Virus record (IMG/VR): IMGVR_UViG_3300025695_000007
Location: 14,692 to 78,691 of that record
DNA length: 64,000 bases
From: a virus
Reading direction: 5' to 3' (one strand)
In this document: positions 1 to 10,818 of the stretch, one piece after another
Position numbering within the stretch: the stretch's first letter is position 1
How the letters are laid out: each line of letters begins with the position of its first letter
The notes under the pieces: model-generated
What the model was told of the DNA's origin: nothing
Seen by the model: the letters and a program-made list of their open reading frames with translations, nothing else
Database searches by the model: none
Translations under genes and position numbers: made by a program

Positions 1-2
1 AG

Positions 3-410
3 TACTATCCTGACCTCAAGTGTGGCTGGAGCTACGCTATGCAGTGCATCGATCCTGCTGATGGAAAAGTCAAAGTAGTAAACCTAAAGAAGAAGCTGTG
101 GGAGCAAATTATTACTGCTGCAGAAGACTTGGGCGATCCTACAGATAAAGAGACTGGCTGGGACGTATGTTTCAAGCGAGTTAAAACAGGGCCTCTGCCA
201 TACAACGTAGAGTACCAATTGCAAGTACTAAAGTGCAAGCCTCGTCCACTAGATGAAAGCGAAGTGGCTTCTATTGCCGACCTCAAATCAATGGATGAAG
301 TAATGCCTCGTCCAACTCCAGATGCGCAGAAAGAGCTTCTTGACCGTGTACGTGCTCCATCTCAGGAGCAAATGGATGAGTCCCTCGAAGAAGAGTTTAA
401 TATTGGATGA
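3..410 (+). CDS. T5 D11-like putative ssDNA-binding protein (5' truncated by window)
   Basis: Frame open from base 3 (YYPDLKCGWSYAMQC...); acidic C-tail; directly upstream of D12/D13 as in T5. Confidence 0.7.
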   Translation, partial: YYPDLKCGWSYAMQCIDPADGKVKVVNLKKKLWEQIITAAEDLGDPTDKETGWDVCFKRVKTGPLPYNVEYQLQVLKCKPRPLDESEVASIADLKSMDEVMPRPTPDAQKELLDRVRAPSQEQMDESLEEEFNIG

Positions 411-1366
411 TCCTATTCACCGCAGATTGGCATATTAAACTAGGTCAAAAGAATGTGCCTGTACAGTGGGCATTGAATAGATATGATTTATTCTTTAAGC
501 AAATTAGAGAGATAGAATCAGAGTGTTCAATGCACATTATAGGCGGAGACCTTTTCGACCGATTGCCTACTATGGAAGAATTAGAACTGTACTTCTCGTT
601 TATCCGAGGAGTACAGATTCCAACAATAATATATGATGGCAATCATGAAGCTACAAAGAAAAGTAAAACTTTCTTTAGTCAGTTAAAGCAAGTTACTAGA
701 GATATCAATCCTCTAGTAACAATTCTGGATATATCGTATATTGATGATGGTTTAGGCTTTGGCATACTTCCTTATACAGAACTACATAAGAAAGGTGCTA
801 TAGAACATTTTAACAAGAATAAGCCTTTATTTACTCATGTTCGAGGAGAGATTCCTCCTCATGTAAAGCCAGAAATTGATCTCGATGATCTATCAGAGTT
901 CCCAGTGGTATTTGCAGGTGATCTACACTCTCACTCAAATACTCAAAGAAATATTGTGTACCCAGGTAGTCCTATGACAACTTCTTTTCATAGAAGTAAA
1001 GTCTCAACGGGGTATCTACTAATTGACGAAAATTCTTGGAGTTGGATGTGGGAAGAGTTTAAACTTCCTCAACTAATTCGTAAAACAGTAACCTCTACAG
1101 AAGATATGGTTGAGACAGACTACGACCACACTATCTATGAAATAGAGGGCGATATACAAGAATTAGCCGCAATTAAAAACTCAGACTTACTCGACAAGAA
1201 GGTAGTAAAACGAAACACTGAAGCAACTCTTATAATAGAAAAAGATATGACTATTGAAGAAGAGCTGTCAGAGTATCTAAACTACATATTGGGAATAAGT
1301 GAAGAAAAAATTACTGGAATACTAGGCACATTTAATGATTACTCTCAAACAGCTCAAATGGAATAA
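407..1366 (+). CDS. Recombination endonuclease, Mre11/SbcD-like (T5 D12)
   Basis: Metallophosphoesterase motifs ADWH, GDLFD, GNHE, GDLH, YPGSP. Confidence 0.93.
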   Translation: MILFTADWHIKLGQKNVPVQWALNRYDLFFKQIREIESECSMHIIGGDLFDRLPTMEELELYFSFIRGVQIPTIIYDGNHEATKKSKTFFSQLKQVTRDINPLVTILDISYIDDGLGFGILPYTELHKKGAIEHFNKNKPLFTHVRGEIPPHVKPEIDLDDLSEFPVVFAGDLHSHSNTQRNIVYPGSPMTTSFHRSKVSTGYLLIDENSWSWMWEEFKLPQLIRKTVTSTEDMVETDYDHTIYEIEGDIQELAAIKNSDLLDKKVVKRNTEATLIIEKDMTIEEELSEYLNYILGISEEKITGILGTFNDYSQTAQME

Positions 1367-3137
1367 CTGCTTCAGCTATGGAGCAGATAACGAGATAAAC
1401 TTAAATGACAGTACTCTTACTCAAATAATTGGTACAAACGGAATGGGCAAGTCGTCCATTCCGTTAATTATTGAGGAAGCTCTATACAATAAAAACTCGA
1501 AAGGAATCAAAAAAGCAGATATACCTAATCGTTATGTAAACAATGGGTACGATATCTACTTATCTTTTGAAAAAGAAGATTCACTATACGAGATAACTAT
1601 TAATAGAAAGGTCAACGTAAAAGTAAAGCTAGAAGAGAATGGTGTAGATATCTCTAGTCACACAGCTACAAATACCTATAAAACTATTCAAGAAATTCTA
1701 GGTATCGACTTTAAGACATTCAGTCAATTAGTTTATCAAAACACCAATAGTAGTTTACAATTCTTAACAGCAACAGATACCAATCGTAAAAAGTTTCTTA
1801 TTGACTTATTGCACTTGGAAGAATATGTTAAGCTGTTCGAAGTTTTTAAGGAGGCTGCAAAAACTAGCGCAACCAATTTAACAGCCATAGAATCAAAAAT
1901 AACTACTATTGAGAAGTGGCTTTCCGAAAATAAATTGAGCGATACATCCATACTTCCACTACTTGATGTTCAAATCGAGACGGAAGAAGATGAGAAAGAA
2001 TTACGTTCTCTTACGATAGAACTTCAAAATATTTCGGAAAAGAATAAGAAAATTTCAGAAAATAATAAATTTATAGAAATACTGAGTAGTATCAATATAG
2101 ATGAAGCGAATAAAATTAGCGCAACTGAAATTATATCTTATGATGCATTACAATCAGAAGCAGGAAGCCTGAAAGGAACTATAACAAGTTCTAAGGCTGC
2201 TTTAAGTAAATTGGAAGCATTAGGGCATAATTGTCCTACTTGTGAACAATCTATAGATGCTGAATTCAAGCAAGGATTAATTGATCTTGAAACGGCAAGG
2301 GCGAAGGAAGCCGCAGAGAAATTAACAAATGAAATTAACCCAGAAATTGACAGAATTAAAGCTAACAATTCAGACTATGAATATAAAAACCGTATTCAGC
2401 AAGATTGGGAGAGGGTTTATAAATCTATTGACCGCAATCTTCCGACGACTCAAATGGATCGGGAAGAGCTTGATAGAAGCATTCGGGGAATTCAAGGCAG
2501 AATACAGGATGCAAAAAACAAACTGGCAGATATCTCAGCTGAGAATGAAAGACGCACAAGACGAAACACCCGAATCCAAGTAATAGAAGAGCAGACTCAA
2601 GAGTTTGTAGATCAACTTACTGAAGCACAAGCATTATTAGATGCAGAGATGAGTTTAAACTCTAACTTAGAAATACTCAAAAAAGCTTTTAGTACTAATG
2701 GTCTGCTAGCTTATAAGATAGAAAATCTAGTAAAAGAGCTAGAAGAGTTGGTAAATTCCTACTTGGGAGAGTTGTCTGACGGAAGATTTACTTTAGAGTT
2801 TGTAGTTTCAAATGATAAATTAAATGTACAAGTTACAGACAATGGGAATATTATTGACATTCTAGCTCTGTCTAGTGGCGAGCTTGCAAGAGTTAATACT
2901 GCGACTCTTATAGCTATTCGTAAGCTAATGAGTAGTATATCAAGGTCTAAACTAAATATACTATTCTTAGATGAAGTAATCAATGTACTCGATGATTCAG
3001 GCAGAGAAAAACTAGTAGAAGTATTACTAGGAGAGGAAGAACTAAATACTTACGTAGTAAGTCATGGCTGGACTCACCCTCTACTTGAAAAAATAGAGAT
3101 TGCAAAGAAAGGCAGTATAAGTGTCTTAGAAAAATAA
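1335..3137 (+). CDS. Recombination ATPase, Rad50/SbcC-like (T5 D13)
   Basis: Walker A GTNGMGKSS, zinc hook CPTC, signature LSSGE, Walker B LFLDE, coiled coil. Confidence 0.95.
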   Translation: MITLKQLKWNNCFSYGADNEINLNDSTLTQIIGTNGMGKSSIPLIIEEALYNKNSKGIKKADIPNRYVNNGYDIYLSFEKEDSLYEITINRKVNVKVKLEENGVDISSHTATNTYKTIQEILGIDFKTFSQLVYQNTNSSLQFLTATDTNRKKFLIDLLHLEEYVKLFEVFKEAAKTSATNLTAIESKITTIEKWLSENKLSDTSILPLLDVQIETEEDEKELRSLTIELQNISEKNKKISENNKFIEILSSINIDEANKISATEIISYDALQSEAGSLKGTITSSKAALSKLEALGHNCPTCEQSIDAEFKQGLIDLETARAKEAAEKLTNEINPEIDRIKANNSDYEYKNRIQQDWERVYKSIDRNLPTTQMDREELDRSIRGIQGRIQDAKNKLADISAENERRTRRNTRIQVIEEQTQEFVDQLTEAQALLDAEMSLNSNLEILKKAFSTNGLLAYKIENLVKELEELVNSYLGELSDGRFTLEFVVSNDKLNVQVTDNGNIIDILALSSGELARVNTATLIAIRKLMSSISRSKLNILFLDEVINVLDDSGREKLVEVLLGEEELNTYVVSHGWTHPLLEKIEIAKKGSISVLEK

Positions 3138-3138
3138 T

Positions 3139-3585
3139 ATGGTTGATAGCAGAGCAAAAGGCGCTCGCGGAGAGTATCTAGTAAGAGATATGCTTCGCGA
3201 GTACACAGGCCTTAAATTCGAGAGAGTGCCAGCTTCTGGCGCTCTTGAATACTTAAAAGGGGATCTTTATGTTCCCAATGAAAGGAATCACTTTTGCATA
3301 GAAGTAAAAAACTATTCAGAGTCTCCACTTAATGATAAAATGTTTACTGCGGAAAAAACAAATAATTTAATTCGTTGGTGGACAAAAGTAGTTCTTCAAG
3401 CGGAGAATGGCGGACAAGAACCAATGTTGTTTTTTAAATATAATCGATCTAAAGTGTTTGTGGTTACTCGGGAAAAACCGAAGCAATGCCTCAAATATTT
3501 CTTTATTTCTTGGCTAAATTGTTATATAATGGTAGCTGAAGATTGGTTAGAGACAGAAGAAATAAATTTTATAGGAACACTCTAG
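3139..3585 (+). CDS. Holliday junction resolvase-like PD-(D/E)xK nuclease (T5 D14)
   Basis: SRAKGARGE N-terminus, GD...IEVK motif, synteny. Confidence 0.88.
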   Translation: MVDSRAKGARGEYLVRDMLREYTGLKFERVPASGALEYLKGDLYVPNERNHFCIEVKNYSESPLNDKMFTAEKTNNLIRWWTKVVLQAENGGQEPMLFFKYNRSKVFVVTREKPKQCLKYFFISWLNCYIMVAEDWLETEEINFIGTL

Positions 3586-4419
3586 ATGGCATTTAATTTT
3601 TCCGACAAAATAACAGGCTCAGGCAGAAACGCTACACTAATAGTAGACGCCTTAAACTTAGCTTTTCGATGGAAGCATCAAGGACGTACAGACTTTTGCG
3701 ATGATTATGTAAGAACTGTAGAGTCCTTAGCCAGGTCTTATGACTGTAGTAATGTAATTATTACTTCAGATCAAGGGTCTTCCTCGTATCGTAGAGAGAT
3801 TTCTCCTGAATACAAGCAAAATCGAAAAGATAAGTATGCCGAACAAAGCGAAGAAGAAAAGCAAGCATTTGCAGACTTCTTCGAAGAGTTCGAAAATACT
3901 TTAGAGGTTCTAGCAGATATGTTCCCTGTGTTACGATATCAAGGCGTAGAAGCCGATGACATAGCTGCACATCTAGTAAAGAACCGAAAAAGATATGGTC
4001 TTGGAGATATATGGTTAATCTCTAGTGACCGAGACTGGGACTTATTGATAGATGATAAAGTAGCCAGGTTTTCTTATGTAACACGAAAAGAAGTCACAGT
4101 AGATAATTGGGAGGAGCACTATGACGTTACTAGAGATGAATATATCTCTCTTAAGTGCTTGACCGGTGATAAAGGCGATAATGTTGCAGGAATACCTGGC
4201 ATCGGCCCAAAGCGTGCTTTAGACTTAATTCGTGAGTACGGAGACGCTATGGATATTTACAACAGCTTGCCTATAAACAGTAAGTATAAACATATACAAG
4301 CATTGAATGATAGTGGTGAACAATTACTTACTAATTATCAATTAATGGACTTAGTAACATATTGCGATGATGCGATAGGATCTGATAATATAGCAGATAT
4401 ACTACGGAAATTTGATTAA
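3586..4419 (+). CDS. Flap endonuclease / 5'-3' exonuclease (T5 D15)
   Basis: LIVDA, YKQNR, EADD, SSDRD, GDKGDNVAGIPGIGPK. Confidence 0.95.
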   Translation: MAFNFSDKITGSGRNATLIVDALNLAFRWKHQGRTDFCDDYVRTVESLARSYDCSNVIITSDQGSSSYRREISPEYKQNRKDKYAEQSEEEKQAFADFFEEFENTLEVLADMFPVLRYQGVEADDIAAHLVKNRKRYGLGDIWLISSDRDWDLLIDDKVARFSYVTRKEVTVDNWEEHYDVTRDEYISLKCLTGDKGDNVAGIPGIGPKRALDLIREYGDAMDIYNSLPINSKYKHIQALNDSGEQLLTNYQLMDLVTYCDDAIGSDNIADILRKFD

Positions 4420-6194
4420 TGAATATTGATATAAACTATAGAAGAGATAACTATTTATCTGAATTCAGTATTAAAACACTAGAAGACAGGTACTTGATAG
4501 ATGGGGAAATCTCTCCACAGGATGCTTTTGCACGTGCAGCAAAAACATTTGCAGATGATGAAGCACACGCACAGAGGCTCTACGACTACGCTAGTAAGTT
4601 ATGGTTTATGTTCTCTACCCCTATACTTAGCAACGGAGGAACCAAACGTGGATTACCTATTAGCTGTTTTCTTAACTATGTGGACGATAGCCGAGCTGGT
4701 ATTACCTCTCACTATACTGAGAATGCTTTTCTATCGTCAGTAGGTGGAGGCATTGGCGGAAGCTGGGACGGGGTCAGGAGCGTAGGCTCAAAAACGAGCA
4801 ATGGCTCCGAAAGTACAGGAGTAATACCCTTTCTCAAAGTAGTAGACGCAGAAATGTTGGCATTCTCTCAAGGAGTAACTCGTCGAGGCAGCTATGCTGC
4901 TTATCTTGACATGGGACACCCAGAGATTGAAGAGTTTCTAGACATTCGTAAGCCTACGGGTGGAGATATTAACCGTAAATCCATTAATCTACATCACGGC
5001 GTAGTAATTAGTGATAAATTTATGGAAATTATCGAAAATGCTACTCGAATTGAAGGATTTGATGACTCTTGGGATTTGATTGATCCACACAGTAAGCGAG
5101 TTACTAAAACTGTATCGGCAAAGGCACTCTGGGTAAAGCTTATTCAAAATCGTGTTGAAACGGGCGAGCCTTACATCATGTTTGGGGATACTGTGCAAGC
5201 TGCGTTACCCTCGTTCCAAAAAGAACTTGGATTAGTAGCACGTCAATCAAACCTTTGCTCTGAAATTACACTTGCAACAGATAAAGATCGTACTGCGGTT
5301 TGTTGCTTATCAAGTGTAAATCTAGAAGAATATGACGAGTGGAGAGACGACCCTAATTTCATTCCAGACTTAGTAAGAATGCTAGACAATGTATTAACAC
5401 ATTTTATTACGAACGCTCCTAATGAGCTAGAGAAAGCAAAATATAGTGCATTTAGGGAAAGAAGTATTGGTCTTGGGGCCATGGGCTTTCATGCACATTT
5501 ACAAAGGCATAATATTGCTTTTGAAAGTGCAATGGCAAAAGGCAGGAATATGCAAATGTTTAAGCATATTAAATCGGAGGCAGAACGTGCTACTCGAATT
5601 CTTGCGGAAGAGCGTGGTGAGTGTCCGGACGGAGTTGGTCATGGTGTTCGCAATGCTCATTTATTGGCTATCGCTCCTAATGCTTCTAGTAGTATTATCT
5701 GTGGTAATACTAGCCCAAGCATTGAACCCTACCGTGCTAATGCATATGTACAGAAAACTAAAACAGGCTCTTCGCTTATGAAGAATGAATACCTAGAGCA
5801 TCACTTAGATGAGATAGGGCATAACACTGAAGAAGTTTGGAAGAGTATTACAACGAATAATGGTTCAGTAGCACATTTAGACTTTTTAGATGATTGGACA
5901 AAAGATGTATTTAAGACAGCAGTAGAGATAGATCAAAGATGGGTAGTTGATATGGCTGCCGATAGGCAGAAAGAAATTTGTCAGGCTCAATCTTTGAATC
6001 TGTTTTTTCCTGGAAATGTCTCAAAGCAGGAACTTCATGCAGTACATATGATGGCTTGGAAGCAAAAAGTAAAAACTCTTTATTATTTGCGAAGCGAAGC
6101 GTTAAAAAGGGCAGATAATGTGTCAGTAGAGGCACTAAGGCAGTATATTTTCGATACAATCGATGAGGGCGCTTGTTTAGCGTGTGAGGGGTAG
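4419..6194 (+). CDS. nrdA: Class I ribonucleotide reductase alpha subunit (short, no ATP cone)
   Basis: ISCF, SNLCSEI, VCCL, IAPNASSS, TLYYLR, C-terminal CLAC. Confidence 0.96.
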   Translation: MNIDINYRRDNYLSEFSIKTLEDRYLIDGEISPQDAFARAAKTFADDEAHAQRLYDYASKLWFMFSTPILSNGGTKRGLPISCFLNYVDDSRAGITSHYTENAFLSSVGGGIGGSWDGVRSVGSKTSNGSESTGVIPFLKVVDAEMLAFSQGVTRRGSYAAYLDMGHPEIEEFLDIRKPTGGDINRKSINLHHGVVISDKFMEIIENATRIEGFDDSWDLIDPHSKRVTKTVSAKALWVKLIQNRVETGEPYIMFGDTVQAALPSFQKELGLVARQSNLCSEITLATDKDRTAVCCLSSVNLEEYDEWRDDPNFIPDLVRMLDNVLTHFITNAPNELEKAKYSAFRERSIGLGAMGFHAHLQRHNIAFESAMAKGRNMQMFKHIKSEAERATRILAEERGECPDGVGHGVRNAHLLAIAPNASSSIICGNTSPSIEPYRANAYVQKTKTGSSLMKNEYLEHHLDEIGHNTEEVWKSITTNNGSVAHLDFLDDWTKDVFKTAVEIDQRWVVDMAADRQKEICQAQSLNLFFPGNVSKQELHAVHMMAWKQKVKTLYYLRSEALKRADNVSVEALRQYIFDTIDEGACLACEG

Positions 6195-6195
6195 A

Positions 6196-7158
6196 ATGAG
6201 CAATTTATTAGAAGAAAGAGAGTATTACAAACCATTTAATTATCCGTGGGCTTTTGAACATTATAAAGCTCAACAGCAAATGCATTGGCTGCCAGATGAA
6301 GTAAATCTGGCAGACGATCTAAAAGACTATAGAGAAAAGTTGTCTCCTGGCAATCGACGCTTAGTCAATCAGATATTTCGTTTCTTTACACAGGCAGATG
6401 TAGATGTGTGCTGTGGGTATGCAAAGCATTACCTGCCCACATTTAAGCAACCTGAAGTACGAATGATGCTATCTGCATTTGCAGCAATGGAAGCAGTACA
6501 CCAAGAAGCGTACTCTTTATTACTCGAGACTCTTGGCTTTGACGATTCTGAGTACCAAAAGTTTTATGAGCACAAAGAGATGCTAGATAAGCATGAGCAT
6601 CTTTCAAACTTTGGTATGAGTACAAAAATGGACATAGCAAAGACTATGGCTATCTACTCAGGTTTTACAGAAGGAGTACAGCTCTTTAGTAGTTTTGCGA
6701 TTCTTCTTAACTTTCCTCGTCACAACCTTATGAAAGGTATGGGGCAGATTGTTACTTGGTCGATTCGAGATGAGAGCCTTCACGTAGAAGGCATGAGCCA
6801 GCTTTTCCGTACTTTTATTCAAGAGAACCCAGAGTTGTGGAATGATGAGCTGAAGTATGAAATATATTGTGCCGCAGAGCGTACTGTAGAATTGGAAGAT
6901 GCGTTTATTGATCTTTGCTTTGAAGGTGCAGATGTGCCAGACTTAACTCCAGAAGAAGTCAAGTCATATATTCGTTATATTGCAGATCGAAGATTACTAG
7001 GTCTAGGCATGAAGAAAATATTTCATAGCGAGAAGAATCCTCTTGGATGGTTAGATTATATGCTCAACGGGGTTGAACATACTAACTTCTTTGAGAATCG
7101 CGCCACTGAGTACTCAAAAGCGAGTACTACTGGTAACTGGCAAGATATATTTAAATAG
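6196..7158 (+). CDS. nrdB: Ribonucleotide reductase beta subunit
   Basis: FFTQAD, EAVHQEAY, RDESLH, NFFENRATEY; ATG at 6196 preferred. Confidence 0.96.
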   Translation: MSNLLEEREYYKPFNYPWAFEHYKAQQQMHWLPDEVNLADDLKDYREKLSPGNRRLVNQIFRFFTQADVDVCCGYAKHYLPTFKQPEVRMMLSAFAAMEAVHQEAYSLLLETLGFDDSEYQKFYEHKEMLDKHEHLSNFGMSTKMDIAKTMAIYSGFTEGVQLFSSFAILLNFPRHNLMKGMGQIVTWSIRDESLHVEGMSQLFRTFIQENPELWNDELKYEIYCAAERTVELEDAFIDLCFEGADVPDLTPEEVKSYIRYIADRRLLGLGMKKIFHSEKNPLGWLDYMLNGVEHTNFFENRATEYSKASTTGNWQDIFK

Positions 7159-7167
7159 GAGTCTATT

Positions 7168-7347
7168 ATGGCAAACGAAAGTATTAAACTTGACCTCTCA
7201 TTACAAGAGATCAATGTTATTCTAGCAGGATTGGGCGAAATGCCTGCAAAAACATCTGTTGGAGTAATTAATAAACTTCAAATGCAGGCAGGTCCGCAAG
7301 TGGTTCCTGAACCTGTTGAAGCAGAAAAGGAAGAAGGGGCTGAATAG
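7168..7347 (+). CDS. Small hypothetical protein (59 aa, MANESIKLDLSLQEINVILAGLGEMP...)
   Basis: Not in ORF track; AGGAG RBS upstream; ends inside terminator. Confidence 0.75.
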   Translation: MANESIKLDLSLQEINVILAGLGEMPAKTSVGVINKLQMQAGPQVVPEPVEAEKEEGAE

Positions 7348-7357
7348 CCCCTTTTTT
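7331..7357. terminator. Probable bidirectional intrinsic terminator between convergent replication and late regions
   Basis: AAGAA-GGGGCT-GAAT-AGCCCC-TTTTTT. Confidence 0.75.
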
Positions 7358-7501
7358 AGTATATCTGCATTAAAGAAGTTATCAACTACATAGTAGTCCA
7401 TTAAACTACACCGTATCTTATTTCCCAAGCCGCTATTGCTTCACGCTGCCTTGCTGTACTCTATTAAACTCAAGATACCACCCTTACTATTGCCATAATA
7501 A

Positions 7502-8245
7502 TCAGAATCCAAATGAAGCGACTTGTATAGCATAGAAATCATTTGCATCTAAACCTGAGACAGTTGCTGTAAAAGTCAAAGAAGTATTGCTTGGAGAAGA
7601 GCCGGAGTAAACGGAATAGTATTCGGTAGTTCCTCCATCTTTAGACACATCGCTTGTATAAGTTCCCCCTCCACTAACAGAAATTACTGGGGCGTTAGTT
7701 GAGTTACTAACATTAGCTGTAGCAAAAGAGAATACAGTACCTGAAGGAGTTGTTAAGCCTGTACTATAAGATGGTACTGACCCAGTTCCTATAGTGTCAT
7801 TACTTTGAACATTTACTGAACTTACGTCATGAGAGATCTCATAAACAGCTATGTTTGCCTGACCCTCATGTGCGGTACTTAATGATACCGATATTGATTG
7901 ATTTCCTGACAAAGTACTATTTGACAGATAAGCAATGCAAGAGGAGTTATAGTCACCAGAAGAATATGCTCTAGAAATTATTGTACAAACAACTCCTCCT
8001 ACTGTGACACTCGTATAAGGATCACTTGTGGATCCATTTGAGTCTCTTGATTGAATAACTAAAACTATAGTTTTGTTGCCAGTTGATAATGTTGTATTAC
8101 CTGTAAATGACGTATATGCGCTACCAGTACCTGATTGGGATACAATATTACCTACAAAAAATAAACTAGGCACTAAACTAGGCACGGAAGACGCTACAGA
8201 GGCAGCGCCCCATTTCCCTGCGGCGAACGTAGCAAGTAATGGCAT
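7502..8245 (-). CDS. Putative fibre-associated protein (Ser/Thr/Gly-rich, beta-rich)
   Basis: Start MPLLATF behind GGGAG RBS; last gene of fibre cluster. Confidence 0.6.
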   Translation of the reverse strand: MPLLATFAAGKWGAASVASSVPSLVPSLFFVGNIVSQSGTGSAYTSFTGNTTLSTGNKTIVLVIQSRDSNGSTSDPYTSVTVGGVVCTIISRAYSSGDYNSSCIAYLSNSTLSGNQSISVSLSTAHEGQANIAVYEISHDVSSVNVQSNDTIGTGSVPSYSTGLTTPSGTVFSFATANVSNSTNAPVISVSGGGTYTSDVSKDGGTTEYYSVYSGSSPSNTSLTFTATVSGLDANDFYAIQVASFGF

Positions 8246-8258
8246 AGTTATCTCCCTT

Positions 8259-10808
8259 TTATTCGTAAGTTGCGACTTGAGCAAGAACGTCAAACGAATT
8301 ATTTGATACTTTTATAACAGTAAAAGTATAAACTTCAGTACTATTGGGAGTTGCGCTAGTTGGCGCACCGCCTAACCACTTGATTGAAGCAGGAGCAGAG
8401 CCATCTATTGTTACATCAGTAACATAATATGCATTAGGGCCGTGGACTAAAGCAACAGCAAATGTCCTCACCCCTCCATTTTCCATTACAGAATTTAATG
8501 TAGCTGAAGTGGTCGCTGCAATATTAACCGTCCTATTCGCCTGCTGCCAATAAGGAGCGTAATAAACAGAATGCTTCTCAGCATATACATTGAATATGCC
8601 AGCTGAGGTAAAGTCTGTAAAAAATGCCTCTTCAATTCCAGTAGTTTTTATAGTGCCACTAGAAAATCCTGCGGTTTCTGCTGCATCTAATACATAAGGT
8701 TGAGCGTTTGGTAACTGATAGATGTATGCTTTACCAGAACTATTACCACCAGCATCATCTTCTAATTGAGCGCCAACAATTGCATAGTTACCGCTTATTG
8801 CTACTGGAAGACCAAAATAATCACTAGCACTTGTTGAATAAGCGTTGGGATTGTCGAGTGTATGAACCAGTGATCCAGTTGTTACATCGAAGATATATGC
8901 TTTACCTGATTGAGTACCACCAGCATCATCTTCAAACCAAGCGCCAACAATCGCATAGTTACCTGATATAGCTACCGACTCACCAAATCTATCATTAGCA
9001 CTTGTTGAATAAGCATTGGGATTGTCGAGTGTATGAAGTAAAGCACCTGTTGATACATTGAAAATATAGGCTTTACCGGAACTAGCACCACCAGCATCAT
9101 CTTCTAAATAAGCGCCAACAATCGCATAGTTACCTGATATAGCTACTGAAAGCCCAAAATTATCACCACCACTTGTTGAATAAGCATTTGGATTATCTAG
9201 CGTATGAAGTAATGCGCCAGTTGTGACGTTAAAAATATATGCTTTACCAGAACTATTACCCCCGGCATCATCTTCGTTTTTAGCACCAACAATCGCATAG
9301 TTACCTGATATTGCTACTGACCAACTAAAATAATCAGAGCTACTCGTTGAATAAGCGTTAGGATTGTCGAGTGTATGAACCAGTGATCCAGTTGTTACAT
9401 CGAAGATATATGCTTTACCTGATTGAGTACCACCAGCATCATCTTCATAAGAAGCGCCAACAATAGCATAATTACCAGATATGGCTACTGAGATACCAAA
9501 ATAATCACTAACACTAGTACCATAAGCGGTAGGATTGTCGAGTGTGTGAAGTAAAGCACCTGTTGTTACATCAAAGATATATGCTTTACCTGAACTAAGA
9601 TTACCAGCATCATCTTCGTTTTTAGCACCAACAATCGCATAGTTACCTGATATAGCTACTGAAAGCCCAAAATTATCACCACTACTATTACCATAAGCAT
9701 TTGGATTATCGAGTGTATGGACCAGTGATCCAGTAGTGACGTTAAAAATATATGCTTTACCAGAACTATTACCCCCGGCATCATCTTCTAAATAAGCGCC
9801 AACAATTGCATAGTTACCGCTTATTGCTACTGGAAGACCAAAATAATCACTAGCACTTGTTGAATAAGCGTTGGGGTTATCTAGCGTATGGAACAGCGAT
9901 GCTGTAAATGAAGACCCGCCTGAAGCATCAGCAAACGATAGAGTACCGGAACCATCAGTTGTTAAAACTTGACCTGCGTTCCCATTAGATACCGGCAAAG
10001 TCAAAGTGTATCCAGAATTATTTGTCATATCAGGAATTTTAATGACGACATTATTACCTGAAAAATGCCTTAGCTCAATTCCTGATTGTTGGTCCCCCCA
10101 ATCTTTTCGGATAGGGAGATAGTTTAATGGAGAGGTATATTGAAGAAGGCTAACCTCTGTAAGTTGACCTACCGCATATATCCCGTGATTATTACCATTT
10201 AAGATATTACCTAACGCAGGGGAAGAGTCTTCAAAAACACTGGAGATTCCGCCAGAAGCTGGTGTAGACCAAGACAGAGCACCGGAACCATTGGTAGTTA
10301 AAACTGTACCTTCAGTTCCGTCAGACGTTGGGAATGTGTACGAATTATTGAAGGTGATTGGACCAGTACTAGCAATCCCAATTCGAGTCTGGTTTTCGGT
10401 GAGTAAACTTATGGTCCCGCCGCCGGATTCACTAGTGCCTGCAATTAAAGACATGCTACTATTAGCGGTACTAATCGACAGCGGATTAACGTTTGATTGA
10501 ACCCCTGTAAGAGCAGCAGCATCCATAATCTTGAGCATTTCAGTTGATCCGCTCTTAAATAAAGCTGTTCCTGAAAATGCCTTCGAGTTTAAGTCAAGAT
10601 CACCACCCAACTGCGGAGTGGTATCTTCTACAACATTAGAGATGCCGCCAGAAGCATCAGTAAATGATAGCGTACCGGAACCATCAGTAGCTAGTACTTG
10701 ACCAGCAGTACCGTCAGTTGCGGGATAATTTAGCCCGCCCACTGAAGCTAAATCACCGTTTGCGTCTAAATTTCTTGTAAAATTTGATAATTTAAGGCTT
10801 GTTGACAT
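8259..10808 (-). CDS. Tail fibre/adhesin with seven FG-GAP-like repeats (beta-propeller)
   Basis: GQVLxTDGSGxLSF and EDTTPQLGGDLD fibre modules; 7 x 57-aa repeats with FG...AIVGA. Confidence 0.85.
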   Translation of the reverse strand: MSTSLKLSNFTRNLDANGDLASVGGLNYPATDGTAGQVLATDGSGTLSFTDASGGISNVVEDTTPQLGGDLDLNSKAFSGTALFKSGSTEMLKIMDAAALTGVQSNVNPLSISTANSSMSLIAGTSESGGGTISLLTENQTRIGIASTGPITFNNSYTFPTSDGTEGTVLTTNGSGALSWSTPASGGISSVFEDSSPALGNILNGNNHGIYAVGQLTEVSLLQYTSPLNYLPIRKDWGDQQSGIELRHFSGNNVVIKIPDMTNNSGYTLTLPVSNGNAGQVLTTDGSGTLSFADASGGSSFTASLFHTLDNPNAYSTSASDYFGLPVAISGNYAIVGAYLEDDAGGNSSGKAYIFNVTTGSLVHTLDNPNAYGNSSGDNFGLSVAISGNYAIVGAKNEDDAGNLSSGKAYIFDVTTGALLHTLDNPTAYGTSVSDYFGISVAISGNYAIVGASYEDDAGGTQSGKAYIFDVTTGSLVHTLDNPNAYSTSSSDYFSWSVAISGNYAIVGAKNEDDAGGNSSGKAYIFNVTTGALLHTLDNPNAYSTSGGDNFGLSVAISGNYAIVGAYLEDDAGGASSGKAYIFNVSTGALLHTLDNPNAYSTSANDRFGESVAISGNYAIVGAWFEDDAGGTQSGKAYIFDVTTGSLVHTLDNPNAYSTSASDYFGLPVAISGNYAIVGAQLEDDAGGNSSGKAYIYQLPNAQPYVLDAAETAGFSSGTIKTTGIEEAFFTDFTSAGIFNVYAEKHSVYYAPYWQQANRTVNIAATTSATLNSVMENGGVRTFAVALVHGPNAYYVTDVTIDGSAPASIKWLGGAPTSATPNSTEVYTFTVIKVSNNSFDVLAQVATYE
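8715..9900 (-). repeat. Seven tandem ~171-bp coding repeats
   Basis: HTLDNPNAY...VAISGNYAIVGA...EDDAGG..SGKAYIF repeated with high DNA identity. Confidence 0.92.
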
Positions 10809-10818
10809 TTAATGCTCC

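Noticed and set aside
4419-7158. Introns or inteins in nrdA/nrdB
   Set aside because: Both ORFs are continuous and compact
8715-9900. CRISPR array
   Set aside because: 171-bp in-frame coding repeats with no unique spacers and no cas genes
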